Shown here piece after piece: positions 36,401 through 50,300 of a stretch of 64,000 nt of DNA. The stretch covers positions 75,392,001-75,456,000 of the forward strand of contig OZ296659.1 in assembly GCA_965655095.1 (NCBI GenBank), written 5' to 3'. Numbering within the stretch: the stretch's first letter is position 1; the number at the start of each line of letters is the position of its first letter. Source of the stretch: Haplodiscus bocki. Its lineage: Eukaryota. The notes below the pieces were generated by a model. It saw only the letters and a list, made by a program, of their open reading frames with translations. It was not told where the DNA came from and did no database searches. The translations under genes and the position numbers were made by a program.

Positions 36401-37194
36401 ACTGAAATTTTCAATCACTTGATACTGAAAGAAGGAAACACAAGTTTAAAGATAGTAAATAGAAATTTTGATCTCGGTTTTCGGCGTACTCCATTTCGAG
36501 AATTCATTTTACAGAAAAACTGGGGTCTTTTCGGTTTCTTCCCCCCCCCCAGCGGATTATTCCCCCCCCCCAGTCGAAGCTGTAGTTGCTGCTACCAGTG
36601 TATATGTGTTTATTCATTTATTCACTGAATACGTCTTTCGCGAGTCAGTAGACAGTGCACACAATTCACAAATCTCAAGTACCTTCCAAGAAGCTGACTG
36701 CTTGCTGAAGTTAGTTAAAATAAACAAACAGGTATTTGCAATAACTTTATTAAGCAGAAACTTGAACCATACTGCTCAGCTGAGCATATCAGCTAGGGGG
36801 AGAAATGATAATTTTGTCAGTAGGGCTGGGAGGAAGAAACGGAAAAGACCCAAAAACTGTAAAAAAATAAATCGTTTTGGAGAAGATCCAAACTAACAAA
36901 AACGTGTACATGAACTTTTATCTAGTATTATTGTTGAGAACTTTGCGGAAAACACTGCAAAAAATTTTGCTTATAGGCAATGCTTGTATAGTTAATATGT
37001 GACACTTTCTAACGGAATTTTCTAATTAAATCGACTGCTACTTTAAGCAAATAAAAACAGCATCTGATACCTTTTTTATTGAGTTTTCTCAAGGTACCTT
37101 CACATATTCTGATAATCTTTTATTTTTTGATTTAATCAAAAGTACTAAATCGCATTTCTTTACGACACTACTTTAGGTGCTACCTGTACGCCAG

Positions 37195-37410
37195 GACAAG
37201 AAAAAGGAACAAAAACAAAATGACAGAAGAAAAAGAACAGACAGAAGAACTTAATGGACAAGCAAGACATAAACAAAAAAACAATAAACAATTAGGCAAA
37301 CAAACAATCAAACCAACACGAAAGCAATCACGCAAGAAAATAAGCAAGCGAGTGAGCAAACAAACAAACAAACCAACAAAAAAATGGAAGCAAATAAAAA
37401 ATAAACTGAT
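37195..37410. repeat. A/C-rich low-complexity tract ((CAAA)n-like); a similar tract lies at ~38860-38950
   Basis: Degenerate AAAC/AAGC repeats. Confidence 0.7.
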
Positions 37411-40099
37411 AGAAGCACTCTGTGGATTTTTTTGATCGTCACGGAGTGTTGACCAAATTATTGTCGGAAAACATTCAACTCCAATCAGAAGGTGAATATG
37501 TTGTTAGTCCTGCGGAAATGTTTTAGTCAGCGTTCGCTTCTTCCTGGGAATTCTGATTTCGCCTAAGGTTCGAGGCAGAAAATCCTGAGTTGCCTAAAGC
37601 ATCAAGAATTTTGTTTTCCGCATTGCGTAGAAGTTCTTTGATCTTCCGCGAAAGTCTTTCTGCAGTTGTTTTACCTATCCTGTCGATCTTATAGACTCTG
37701 ATATTGGAGTTTGTGCCAGCGGCGGTTTCACAGCTGACATACTAGGCATCATCGGTAACTTGCGAGAAGACAATTGCATTTTTTATCAGGCAGATTGGAA
37801 ATTTCGCAATAAAAATCACGAAACTCAACTATTTGGGAAGCCTGAATATTTTTCCACTGTTTTCTTAATTTTTGGGCTACATAATTATAGTTTTCACTGC
37901 GAAAAGGTATTATCTTTCCTCCGTTAGTACGAAAGTAATCTCAGTCAGAATCACTATTTGGGTAGCGCTATCGGCGCGGGTTGAAAAATTTTGGAACTGA
38001 GCTGAATTTTTGTTTAAGTTCGCGTAAAAACTGATGAACAGGCTTTGAAGGATGAAGACTCCAATAGACCGCGCCTTGGTCCGAAAATTCTGAAAACCGC
38101 AACGAAACGCTGAATGCGTCAAAAAGAGATATCCAAAAACATCAAGAAGCTACTAATTCAGACAATGTTCATCAGCATCAAATTATAACGACTCCGCAAT
38201 TTAATCAACTTCAAGTGTTTTCAAGAGGCATATCTCACGAGAATTCATGTGTGATGCAATGTTGGAGCAGTTTCCTTTAATTCAATCGCAGCTGGCCTAT
38301 CGATGACTTCGACGAACTAAGAATGACTAGGTAATGAGAAATCGTCAAAATTGCGTGCACTGCTGACATCACTTGAAATCAGCACTGGTATTGTTTGTGT
38401 GGAAGTATACGCGTTTTTATACCTTTCAAATAGCACTCTTCTTTTGACTTGTTCCCATCTAATTATGGAGGTTAAAAAGTGCATTACTAGCTTGAATTAC
38501 TTTTTTTCTTGTAATCTTTTTTTTTCAACAAAACTCTTTGAACTTAGAGGCAGGGCAATTGCTTCAACGTGACGTAAAGTAAAAATATAACCACCGTAAT
38601 GTATTAGAGAGCAAGTAAGTCTTGTGTCTTGACTAGACGAATTAAAAATGTGCGTTCCAAAACTAAATCAAAAGCCACAAGTTTAGACTTTATCTGTAGA
38701 AAAATGATTTCATTATTTGATAAAAAAAGAAAAAAATCTGGTTCTTTACTTATCATTTTGAGTCAGCTGTTTGCTAGAATCGATTTGCTGTAGAGGCACC
38801 AGCAAAGGATACAGTCAACCGGAGTGGCGAAAGCGGGCTTCATTGAAGTTTGACGTATACAGCAACATAAACAAACAACGGAGCAATCAATAGAACAAAC
38901 AAGCAGAGAAAGAAAAAAAAACAAACCAGCGACCAAAAAAAAATGAAAACCGCAAGAACACTGCGCTTTTTCAAGTCTCAAGGCAACAGAATTCAATGCA
39001 GATAAAGGAAAATGACAGAATATTCCAAAAAAAGTTCGAAATAAAAAGGGCTTGGAAAGAAAAAACCGATATTTAGGGTAGTTTCTGATAATTCCACGCT
39101 GTCAGATTCCAAAAGCAATTAAAAGCGTACTTTTTTTTCATCCAGCTGTCATACAAACAATTGTTCAAAAAAGAAACCAGAGACGTAGTTCAACAAAGAC
39201 ATATTTCTGAAAGTTCAAAGAACCCAATCTCCAATACACTGCACTTTTTGTGGCACTTTTTTTTGCTATTGAGCATCCCGATACGCGGCCTAAAATCAAC
39301 ACTTTTTGATAACAGCTTGTTTTTAAAATAGAACGCTCTCAATTGAGACCCAATTGATAGAAGCAACAGGGTGTTTTCGCAGAAAAAGCAAGAAATTAGA
39401 ATTAATCCTTGAAATTTTGTTTCTATTGGCAGGCATTCTGGACATTTCAAGTAATTGATTGGTAGAAAAATTGGGCGATTTTGTAACAAATGATCGCTCA
39501 ACAAAAGAAAACTGACCTTTGGCATCTTCCTTGGAAGAAATGAATTAGTAGTTTTTGCGAATGAATGAGTTTCAAAACGGAAAAAGACATCACCAATTGC
39601 CTTTAGGTCATTTTGTGCTATAAAAACTTCAATGCAACAAAAACGTTTTGCTCAAAATAGTACAAGAGGTGTTGCCGGAAAGATTCAAGCGGACAGTTTT
39701 GAAGAGGAACGGTTTTCATTTTGCCTGAAATTCTGTAACTTTTCTACAATTCAGAGTTGGCGACCAGCAAGGATTTTTTTCAACAGAGGCGCGCTACAAG
39801 TGGCGCCCTGTCGCCTGTGACCTTCAAGGAAAAAATCAAGCCTTTTTTATAGAAAGTCTTTCTGAAATTCTAAAAAAAATGACTCCTTGCACTTTTCATT
39901 ATTTTCATCCATCGAGTTTGTGATGTGAGTGACACAATCAGTGGCTCTTCATAAATTTGCGTTTCACACGGAAAAAATGTCGGTTGAAAAAATGATTGGA
40001 AAAATCAAGCATGTTGTTCCCAAAAAAATTGATTACCATGAATAATCTTTCCTAATTGCAATTTTTACTTTCCTGGTCGACCATGTTTCTTTTGCAGTT

Positions 40100-41150
40100 A
40101 ACAAAAACACACATAGGTTTGTCAACTAATATCAGACAAATTGGAGTTGACCCCTAGATGGAAGAAAACTAATCAGTAATTTTGGAAAATAATGATTTTA
40201 CCTAATGGGTCACCAAATTTGGAAACATTTGAAGAACTCTGTATTCAACCAACAATTAGGAAGATACCGGATTCATCAAAAAACCATATTCTGCACAACA
40301 ATTTCGAAAACTTTAGGAACAATTCCTTAGTTAAATCGAGAAGAAAGGGCCTTGAAGCGAACCTCAACCTTCAAACTCAGTGGTACCTAGTTGTGGTGTT
40401 TCGCACTTAATTCTTCTACAATCTACCAACAAATCTGCAGGAAGAAATCTACGCGGTAGTTTCATCAAATTAGAAAATTCCACCAATGAATTGAATCTTT
40501 TGCTTTCGAAACTTCAGTCTCGATGGAAAATAGCAAACTGTTTTGTCAATGTTTCTACTACGTTGATTCTTCGGGCATCTTAAAAATTAGTCAAGTTTTT
40601 TTAATAAGTCTGCTTTAGTTGATCACTGAACTAAATTGAACATAATCTAAACGTCTTCAGCACTGAAATACTTATTTGATTTCTTTCATTGACCTTTCAA
40701 TCTGAACTAACAGAAAAAGAGCAACAGCGCTGCATTTTTCTTCCGATGATTTGTTTCACAAGGGAGGCATCGAAAATACACCATATCAATTTGATTAAGA
40801 GACTCAGTACTTTGATTAGAGGTTCCAAAGAAAAAAATTCCGGAACTGTAGTTTTAGCCCTTGACAATAACTAGGCTTGCAGTTTTAAAAAGAGCAACTA
40901 GGTATCTTTCACCAACAGTTGTCAGTAAAGACCTTGAAGGAAGAAACCGAGCCCGGACTTCTGACAAAAATTGAAGTTAGATATTGCTGATATCCATGAT
41001 ATTCACGACTAACCGCAAATTTCTGATGCAATTTTTAAAATTGATGGGTTTATTTTTTTTCTACATTTTCTGACTACATAGTTGTCGATTAAGGCTTTAT
41101 TGGAAGAAACCAAGCTGGTAGGCTTGTTTACTTCGGTTTTGAATGTGCAG
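40100..41150 (-). repeat. Third, more decayed array of the ~175-bp satellite
   Basis: CCTTGA(T/A)GGAAGAAA-like motif at ~40153, 40349, 40516, 40930 and 41093. Confidence 0.4.
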
Positions 41151-42545
41151 GATTATCTTTCTAATTTTCATTTCTGGTCTTCACCCTTTTGTGGAGCTCC
41201 ACCACAAGAAGCCTTTTCCAAACAATTTGGCTTTTAAATTTTCGCTTTTGGAGGCTTGACAAACAAAAGGAGCCAAAACCGGAACACTGATAAGCAGGAA
41301 AAACATCTTTCCATTTTTATAATTCTGAAGAAATTTTACAAAATGACTTGTGAATTTTGTTGAATTTTGAAAGTCGAAATTTTTGGAAAACATTTCATAA
41401 AGTTTTGACAAACAAAGACTAGTTTCAGTTTTACAGAAATTATCAAATCCTTCAAAAATCATTATTAATGTCGAAAAAACTTGTTCAAAAAAGAAGAGGA
41501 TTGAGCATAATTGTCTGCAAAAAGTAAAATTATTGGTGAAGAGGGTTTCGAACTTGCTACCTGTGGGTTATCTAACTGCATTGCCACCGAAAATATGTAA
41601 TATACAAGCCACCAATGACTCAGCTAATTGGAGTTTGTGCGTAATTGACAGTTTCAAGAGAAGGAACATTTCTGACTTGAACCTTTTCCTTTCGATTTTT
41701 CCGGCGGAAAATAACAAGACTGCTTGATGGTCAACATATCTAATCGAGTCTTTCGGCATTTTAAAGTTAAGACAAATTTTTTGTATATTCTGTGGAAGAA
41801 ACTGTATATCTGATTTATTAAATGAAGGAAAACGATAAATGCTAAGTAAGGCACTGAGAGGTCGAGAATCGCAGAAAAAGGCTGGGAAAATAGAAGAACA
41901 TTAATTAAGCTATATCATTTTATCTTTTTACTTCTGATCCGGCAGATCACTGTACTTTAAAAAACGTAATCAAAACGTCATCAACAGCGGTTCACTGACT
42001 TGGTTGTTTTTCGTTGATATTTGAATTTTTAAAATGAACAAAAATAAGAGGTGCAGTTGCCTTACTGTAATAGTTTCCATCAACATGGTGAAAAAGATAG
42101 TGGTCGAAAATACATCGGACGATTTTGACTACAAAACCAATTACTTTGGATGGAACGCGGCTTCAAATTGAAGTTTGTTCTCGGGTTGAGGATTGTCATG
42201 TTCAAAGCAAAGATTTCCATCCAAAAGTGCAAACACTTTGCACAATTCAACTAAGCAAAAAAAACAAAGGAAAACCGAGAGCGAAGCCAGGCTTCACGAT
42301 AGGATTCAGGACTGAAGGGAAAATTTTTGCTATGCATTGAAATCACTATCGAAGTGACTGAATATTGAAACTATGAGAGTGTGGGTACCCGTTGCATTCA
42401 AAACTTCAGGGAACGTTGATGCTTTCAAACCAGCAAGCTGCTAAGAGCATTGAAACCAACGCAAAAATTTTTCGTTTCAGCAAGACAACCACTTGGGACT
42501 AATCTGAAGAAAAAGTGGGAGCGAATGCACTTTTGGTGATTATGC

Positions 42546-44398
42546 TGTCGCGTTAGACCTAACGCTAAACAGAAACCATAACGCTAACCAGTAGCCACAA
42601 CGCTGAACAGCGCTTGCTCTAAATTTAGAAATGACATAATAGAAGTAATAATAGCAACTTACCGTTTGAAAGGATAGTTGTTGGAGAGCGGTAACAAAGT
42701 TGGAATTGCACAATTTGAAGCTTCAAAATTTCGTTGCCATGCCTCAGACGGATAACAACGAAGCTTTTCTATTTGTTACCCCCGCTCTCGGAGGTTTGAT
42801 TTTATTGCTTCCCCAACGGCACACCTTCCTTCATTTTTTGACGCTTTTTGACGGATCACCATATTTGGTGCTCCTTGGCAGAAGGCTTACCGTACTTGGT
42901 CATAGCCTTGAAAAGTACGAGAGCTCGGCCATTTTGAGCGCCGGCCGCCAACACGAAAAATCATAACTTTCCTGATCGCCTACCGTCAACCACCACCTCC
43001 AAAGCAGAAACTTACTGAAAATTTTGACTTTCTTTTCAAAAATCTTCGAAACTTCATAAAATTGAGAACTTTATACAAAATTCCAAATTTCTTCAATTTT
43101 GGCCAGAACCTCTTCGACTTTGGGATATCTCTACTATTCAAAGACAGAAGCTACTATCCAAAGACCAAAAGGAAAGAATTGCAAAACGGTATATACTGAA
43201 ATCATTGAACAAACTGTTAGTATCTAAAATAACTAACCCTGGTAGAGTACATCTCGCCAGAAAACTTAGTTAATTAGGATCTGGTTCCGTCAGCAGACTC
43301 TGCGAAAAAGTTTTCATTGCGACGAAGACTGCTCTGAATTAGAGCTTAGTAAAACTTTAAAACTTCCCGATACCTAGGAGAATCGCTCAGTGGTCCTTCC
43401 ATTTGGGGTTGTGCCTTAAACCGGCTGCCTCCATTAAAGTGAAATGATGCTGAGTCTTAGATAAAATTTCTTACTAGCCCAGTTCTGATCAGAGTCAGGC
43501 CCATTCGGTTTTATCCGATGGTACTTTTCCTGACCTTAGGAGAAATCGCACGGTGGCTACGCTATAAAGCGACTTACTCGTGTCTTAGTTACTAACCCAA
43601 ACTTCTGACCGGATCTGAGCCAGCGGTCATAAAATCCCTATTTTACTCTACGGGTTGACAACTAAGTACTGGCCTGAGAGAAATCGCTGGGTTAATTCGA
43701 TTACGTGAATTACCTAGTCTTAGCTAAAATTCACTTAGAGGACTATTTTAAAATTAAACTACTAGAAACTACGGATGAATTGACTATCCGTTCTAGAACA
43801 GACTGAAAGCAAATCGATGGTGCTCAATGGCGACTCATCTCCTACAAGGTTAGAAAAGATATTGTTTTTGGTCACTGGAGGTACTGTTAATCTAGTGTTT
43901 TATTTTAGTGGAATTAAAATCGCGTTCAACAATAAATCATTTGAAAAAATAGTTGGAAATTTTAGAATTATCCTTTTCTGATATACTACTGTTGAGTGTT
44001 GGTAATTTTGTTCAAACAGCTACAAATGGTAAATTTGTTAACTTCCTCTCTTCGAATAACGCTAGAATAGAGTGAAATTGGAACTAAATTCTGTGTGCCT
44101 GCGCTAGTGCCGTCCCCTCTGTTATCCAAGTTTGACATTACAAATATTAGATTTGAAGCCATTACTTTCTTGGTTTATGTAATAGAATTGCTTGCTATGA
44201 ATAAAAACTTTCAGCCACTCCATAGCTATTCACTAAATCCTTGCCAGCGATTTCACGCTCTATTTTGCTCACGCGGGCCGGGAAGGCAACTTTGAGACTT
44301 AAGTTTGTTAAATCAGAAATGGCCGCACACTAAGAAAGTTAACAAGTATTTGTTAATACAAGTTGGAATCAAAATAATCTACTACCACCCGCGCGACA
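42546..44398. mobile_element. Solo LTR, family 4 copy 1 (1853 bp)
   Basis: Perfect 7-bp inverted termini TGTCGCG...CGCGACA. 4-bp TSD ATGC at 42542-42545 and 44399-44402. Internal ~130-160-bp repeats (GAGAAATCGC-like at ~43378, 43540, 43678, 43808). Confidence 0.82.
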
Positions 44399-47300
44399 AT
44401 GCTTCCACAAAATCTGAGTTTTGAAATTTCGATTCTCTGATTTTCATGCATAAAGTGCAAGACATTCATAGCTCATCAAGTTTTCCTAGTGGTCGTTAGA
44501 GTTATTAACAAGTTTAGCTGGAAAGTACTCAAAATTATTTTAGGAGAACATTTTCGACAACATCTTTATTCATTAAAACTTCTGCAGTCCGTTGTTTAAA
44601 TTTAGTTGCTTTGAAAATTAGACTTGAGATTGGCAATATGCGTTTATCAGCAGGTTTTTAAGGCCCGAGTAGTCTATTCAATAATGACTGGTTGCACTAC
44701 TGTTAAAATTGTTCAAGAAGACCAAACATGAAATAATCAATCTAACTATTCACTCTGATTTGGGAGTTGAAATATCTTCCACGTAAAGCATGAGAGTAGA
44801 AATCTTTGGTTTTCAACAGGTCTCCGAAGTTCCAGGTAGTTGAATTTACAGAGAGTAGATGCAATTCGATACAACGTTTCCAAATTCCAAAGTTAATGAT
44901 TTCAAAAAAAATCAATCTCCTAAATTCCCTTCCATGTTTTGAAATCACAATGTGAATGTTTTGAAGATGATAGATAGTAACGATTATCTTTTGCTGCCAG
45001 GAGGATGTCGCTCGGTCTAGTAGTTGAATATGCTCTGTGTGTTTTAAACAGATTCTACAGCGCTTGAGATAGCTGTTTTCGGAAATTGCTCGGGTAAATT
45101 TATGACTGTCACTTCCAGCGTACTATGATTTTTGTTGAATTACGCACAAGTCGTCGATTTCTTTATGGCTAAAATCGTTTATTCTTCATTCTTATGTGTT
45201 ACCTTCACGCGAACAGTTTGTTGAGTTAAAGCTAGCGTACTTTTGCTTCGTTGTCATTTTTAACAAACAAAAAAAATCAAATCAGTCAGTTGATTTTTTC
45301 ATCCTCGTGATTTCTCTAATTTAGTGCGCATGAATTATAGTCTCTTTTTTAGGGGTCACTTTTAGTATCTACATACTACCAAGTAGATTACCTGTGGCAG
45401 CAGTCTGATTCACATTCGTTCGATTTCTATCTTGCGTACAACTTTTGGGATTGTTAGAAAGATTTCGGCATCCAAATATATTCCGAGCTTTGTCATATAA
45501 TAATGTAAATTTTCAAAACTTTTTCCAAAACATATTCGCTGGAAAAATTCCTTCAGAAACGTAATAACCGGTTCTCAGACAGGCAATTATGCATATTTCT
45601 CTATATGCATTCGATAGAGTTTTTTGCAAAGAAAAAAAAACATGCGAGGGAACGGATTGTCTCCTTTTCATTTTTGATCGGTTTTGGAACATTGAAAATA
45701 AATACTTTACTTTTAACTTTCCAAAAATCAAAACTGGATTTGCCCAAATTGAAGAGAGACAAATTTTTGAAAAAAACTTGCCATAAAACAAAATGGATGC
45801 GTTTTTGGAAATTTTATTCGTTTTATCCAGTGCCAAAGTAACAAAATTTGTTACTTCAATTTTGAAAAAAAAACAGTTTTCGGACCAAACTTTCAGCTTA
45901 AAAATCAACTGAAAAATAAAGATAAACTTTTTTTGAGAAATTTCCGGTTCTACGATTAAACGAAATCAAGTTTTCTTGGTGTCTTGATGTTCAAAGATAC
46001 GAAGATTTTGTGAATCTTTTCAACTTTTGCTTCTTTAATCGCTGGTTCGCCCGCCAAAACTACCTCTCAGTCACGTTTCACTCTAGTTGATGCCAATACA
46101 AATCCAGTCAATGAAAGTGCATTTTTTGTACCTAGAAGAAGCTACTCTTAATTTTTTTGTGAGCAAGGCGTTCTTTTTGGATTGTTCAATCTCCCACCTT
46201 TAAATTAGTTAGTTAACAGCAAGCAACAATTTGAAACGTGTGAAAGTGGGGCATATTTGGATTTTTTTCAAAAACACACGTTCTGTCAGTGCTTTGAGAG
46301 AAGACAAACATAGCAAAATTCGCAATGTCTTCAGAGGTTGCGCATGTTTTTATCGCATTTCAACTTTCTAGAGGCTTGGCCAAACTAACATTTACCGAAA
46401 AATAAACAGAAAAACTCCAGCAAAATGATTCGAAGCAAACCAGTTTTGGGGTTCTCCAGTTGCTTAGGTGCCAAAAAGAGCACACTCCTGAATCATTCCT
46501 GGAGCTTTTATATCGACTTTCTGGCTGTTACTGCGATCTAATAAGAAACAGAAGCGTACTTTTATGAAAAATTGCAGAAGTTGTCATTTTAAAACAATAT
46601 TGACTTTTTTAAATTACTTTCAGCTAAACGAGAAGTTTCTGACTTATTGAGTATCGAGCAATCTTCTCCAAAATTTTCTATTTCTAGAACTCCTAAAAAT
46701 CTTTTTTTTTCCAGAACCACACTCTGAAATCTTTCCGTTTTTCTCTCTTAGGACAATTTCCCGAAATGAAGGCGACTAGAGCTTTAAACAATTCATTGAT
46801 TTTCTTCAAAGCGTTGCAGATTTGACAGTCCAAACTTTTTTGAAAGTGCAACTAGTGTTGACAAACACTGATATTCCAACTGATACATCTCCGAAACTAC
46901 TAGTTAGTCCATCAACGGCGAAGCAACCGTCTTTGTTGTAAGTTCTTTGAAAATTTTAGTTGATTCTTACGGTGTCCTTTATCATATCGCAATCCCCAAT
47001 CTGCAGAAAATAAATAGAAACAGCATTTAGGATTGTTTCCCGTCGATGCTGCAGATCGAATTTCCCCAAAACTACAGGCTTCAAATTTTCAATCGAAAAC
47101 TCAATCCGCGGAATTTTTTGTAGGCGACCATTCGGTTTTAAAATCAATGATTTTTTTCAATGCTGGAGTACCAATAGGCCTAACTCACCAGAAACACTGG
47201 AATAGCAAATCAACTTTTTAGGTTTTCACACCCACTTACCCAAAACCACTGTCTCAAATTCTCCCATCAATAAAGCAATCTGAACTCATCAACTCAAAGA

Positions 47301-50300
47301 AAAGGCTTTGCACATTAATTTAAAGAACTTTTTCTTCGGATTCAAATGTTGTTACGCCGAAACGGTCCGTAGTTCCGATTAGCATTGACTTCATCCAGTT
47401 CCTTGAGTCATTTTCTTGCAAATATTTCTATCTTGTTTTCTTCAATGAAAGTCGCAATCACTAGTTTTGGAATTGCACTTCATTGAAGAAAGCAATCTTC
47501 TGTTTTCGTGTTTTGTCTGATGCTTGAGAGGCCAAAAAAAACAGAAAGTGAGCTTAGTAGTGTTTTTTTTTAGTTTTTAGAACTCAAAAATCTAAAAACT
47601 ATCAACTTGGCTTCCTAAACCAAAGAGTCAACCGACCATGTTTGAAAAGTTGAAGTTTGTTCGTCAGAAATTTTGTCTACTTAGTCGAATGTATTAGAGA
47701 CAAGAAAGGCCAGAGAAACCTTGAAAAGCAATTAATAATGAAGGTTCTTGCTCCTCAAACTGAAATTTCTGGTACACCGCCCGCTACCATTATTGCATGT
47801 GGCTGCCAATTGAAAGCTTGAAGAACATTGGATGGAAATTCAAAAATTTTTTGCTGCATCACAATGCTGATAGGCTCAAATTGCTAGAACAAATGAATGC
47901 ATAATGGTTCTCCACAACTGTCAGACTCAGTCTTCCCAAAAGCTGTAATCTCGACTGGATAGCTTTTGTGGTATCAAGTGACCCTTTTTCCTCCCAAAAT
48001 ATTAACCAAGAATCACTCACGTGATTTTTTTTTCTTAAAATGCGAATAATTTTGGTTTTCTAAATGCAGTTCACAAGCCCTTTTCCCTTAAGTCCTACTT
48101 TGAAGCCTACCATAAAGGTCTCTATCGACAGTTTTCTCTTGTACAAGAAAAATTTATGTGTTACTACTGTTACTATTTTTGTTACTTGCTTCTTATTCCT
48201 CATGTTACTGGATTTTCCAGAAAGTTCCTCTACTTTGATTGTTCTCTCATTATGGAAACTCATTTCACTGAAATTTTGTACAACAGTGTCGGTCGGCTTT
48301 TCAGTACGTTGTTCAGTCCCAATCGATTCACCAATATAAGTCTATGTATTTAAGCTGAGGCTACGAGTTTTAACACAACAGCAAATTAAAGAGTTGTCGT
48401 CCCTCTTCTATCAGAGCCCAACAAAGAAAATCGAACATGGACAATCGAAATTGCGAAAACCTAAGGTTGCGAAACTTTTTCCGCGGTCTCGTTCTTCTGA
48501 GCCTTTCACCGTACCATATCTTGTTAAAGACTGTCGAAGGGCCTTGCAGAAGTGATTGTGATTGGTGACCACAAAAACCATGGAAGAAAAGGAGAACAAG
48601 CGGTGTCCTCAAATGACGGAGTAGGAACATTCATGGAGTTCAGGGTGGAAGAACCTGACCCGGATAGTGAACTTTCCAGGTTTTTATCAGATCTTGCGAG
48701 CTCAAATGCTCTGGGATATGCAACCATTGTCTAAATCCTGATAGCTGGCTGGATAATTTGTCTCTAACTAAGTTGCGGTTACAGTGTTAATTTGTTTAGG
48801 AATAGCGAAGATGTTTTTTTTGGAAGAAAAACATTGAAGACTAGAAAAAAGAAGCCGACAAAAATGACGCCCTCGGAGCGTGTAAGCAGTTGCCGTAACT
48901 TTCATTCCGAGTTAACGATTCCTCGAAAATTCGTAGTCAAAAAAATGAAGAAAATGTGTCATGGGAGCCGAATTTTACTGAACACAAAACTCTCAATTTG
49001 AACCTTTCGATCCAAATGAGCACAATTGTAACAACTAACAGCCCCGTCTTGCAACAATGGAATGTTTCCCGCAAAAAAAAATCGGATTTTCAAGATTAGA
49101 GAAAATCGGAAATGTAATGTGTTGTGTTGCAAGGACTTCTAGCAGGTGCAGCAAACCCACTAGACTGGCGCAAACTAGCCACATACTTTTTAACGATACG
49201 CCAACTTTCGGCCTTTCCGAGAGAATGTTAGCCAAAAAACAGCAACAAAAGACCATGTTTAGTTGTGTCAGAATTGAAAAGCTGTTTCCCCCAGTACAAG
49301 AGTGCCCGTAAAACGAACAAGTTTTGTTAGAGAATTCGCTCTGCATCATTGGCCTCCAATGAGCTCATCTTCCAATTTTCAGCTCTGAATCGACACTTGC
49401 TGTTTGATTCCTTAGCAACAGCTTTCTTGAAAAATTGTAAAAACTTGAAAAGTTCAAGCCCAAAAGCCGATCGGTCTATCAACAAAAAATTCACCAGGCC
49501 GCATTTCAGTGGTTTTAACATACTGCTTCCAACTATTCTCAGCCTTGGAATCTTAACAATCCCACTTCGCAAGGCAATCAGTTCTTTTCAAGAAGAAACC
49601 CATTGCGATGAGTTTTTGCAAACAGTGGTATGAAGTGCCGTAAGCTTTTGAACTTGCAAACACCCAACCAAGTGTTTGCAATCTTACAAGCATCTAATAC
49701 TGTTCGCAATCATTCCGAGTGTTTCTCCATTTGGAGGGATTTTCATGCTCAAGAGATCAGTTTCAGCAACACTTATAAAATCGATTTCGCAAAAAGTTGC
49801 GTCGGATCTCAAGATTTTGCCTTTTGACATCTGACCTCTGGAGTACTCAAGAATATGCCACGAGGAGTTTACAGAAAATTTGTGCGGACAAGTGGAATCA
49901 TGTCCTTTAACAGTTGCGAGTCTAAATTACCTGAAAAACAGTCAAAAATTTCCAATTTTCATACTTTAGTGTCCAAGAAAAACTGTTACTTTCTCGTTCA
50001 GCCTGATATATCTCGTTTTCGAGTCCATTACGTTTGAGAAAATACTTGATTAAATTTTGTCGAAAATTGGAACACTTCAGGAACACTGCGAGTGTTAGAT
50101 ATGAAAACAGGAAAACCCGTGACAACGTAGAAAACTTCAACGAAGCCTAAATGGAATCATGTTTTCGCAACACCACAACTTATGATTTCTGAGCCACAAC
50201 TCGGAAAACATCATGGGAAAAAAAGAGGATGATCGGAGCAGTGAAATTCATTTCTTTTCAATCGCAAACCGACACAAGAAGCAGTTGGCTCTCCCAGCCG

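Noticed and set aside
37180-37435. K/Q-rich and hydrophobic antisense ORFs
   Set aside because: Translations of low-complexity (CAAA)n DNA.
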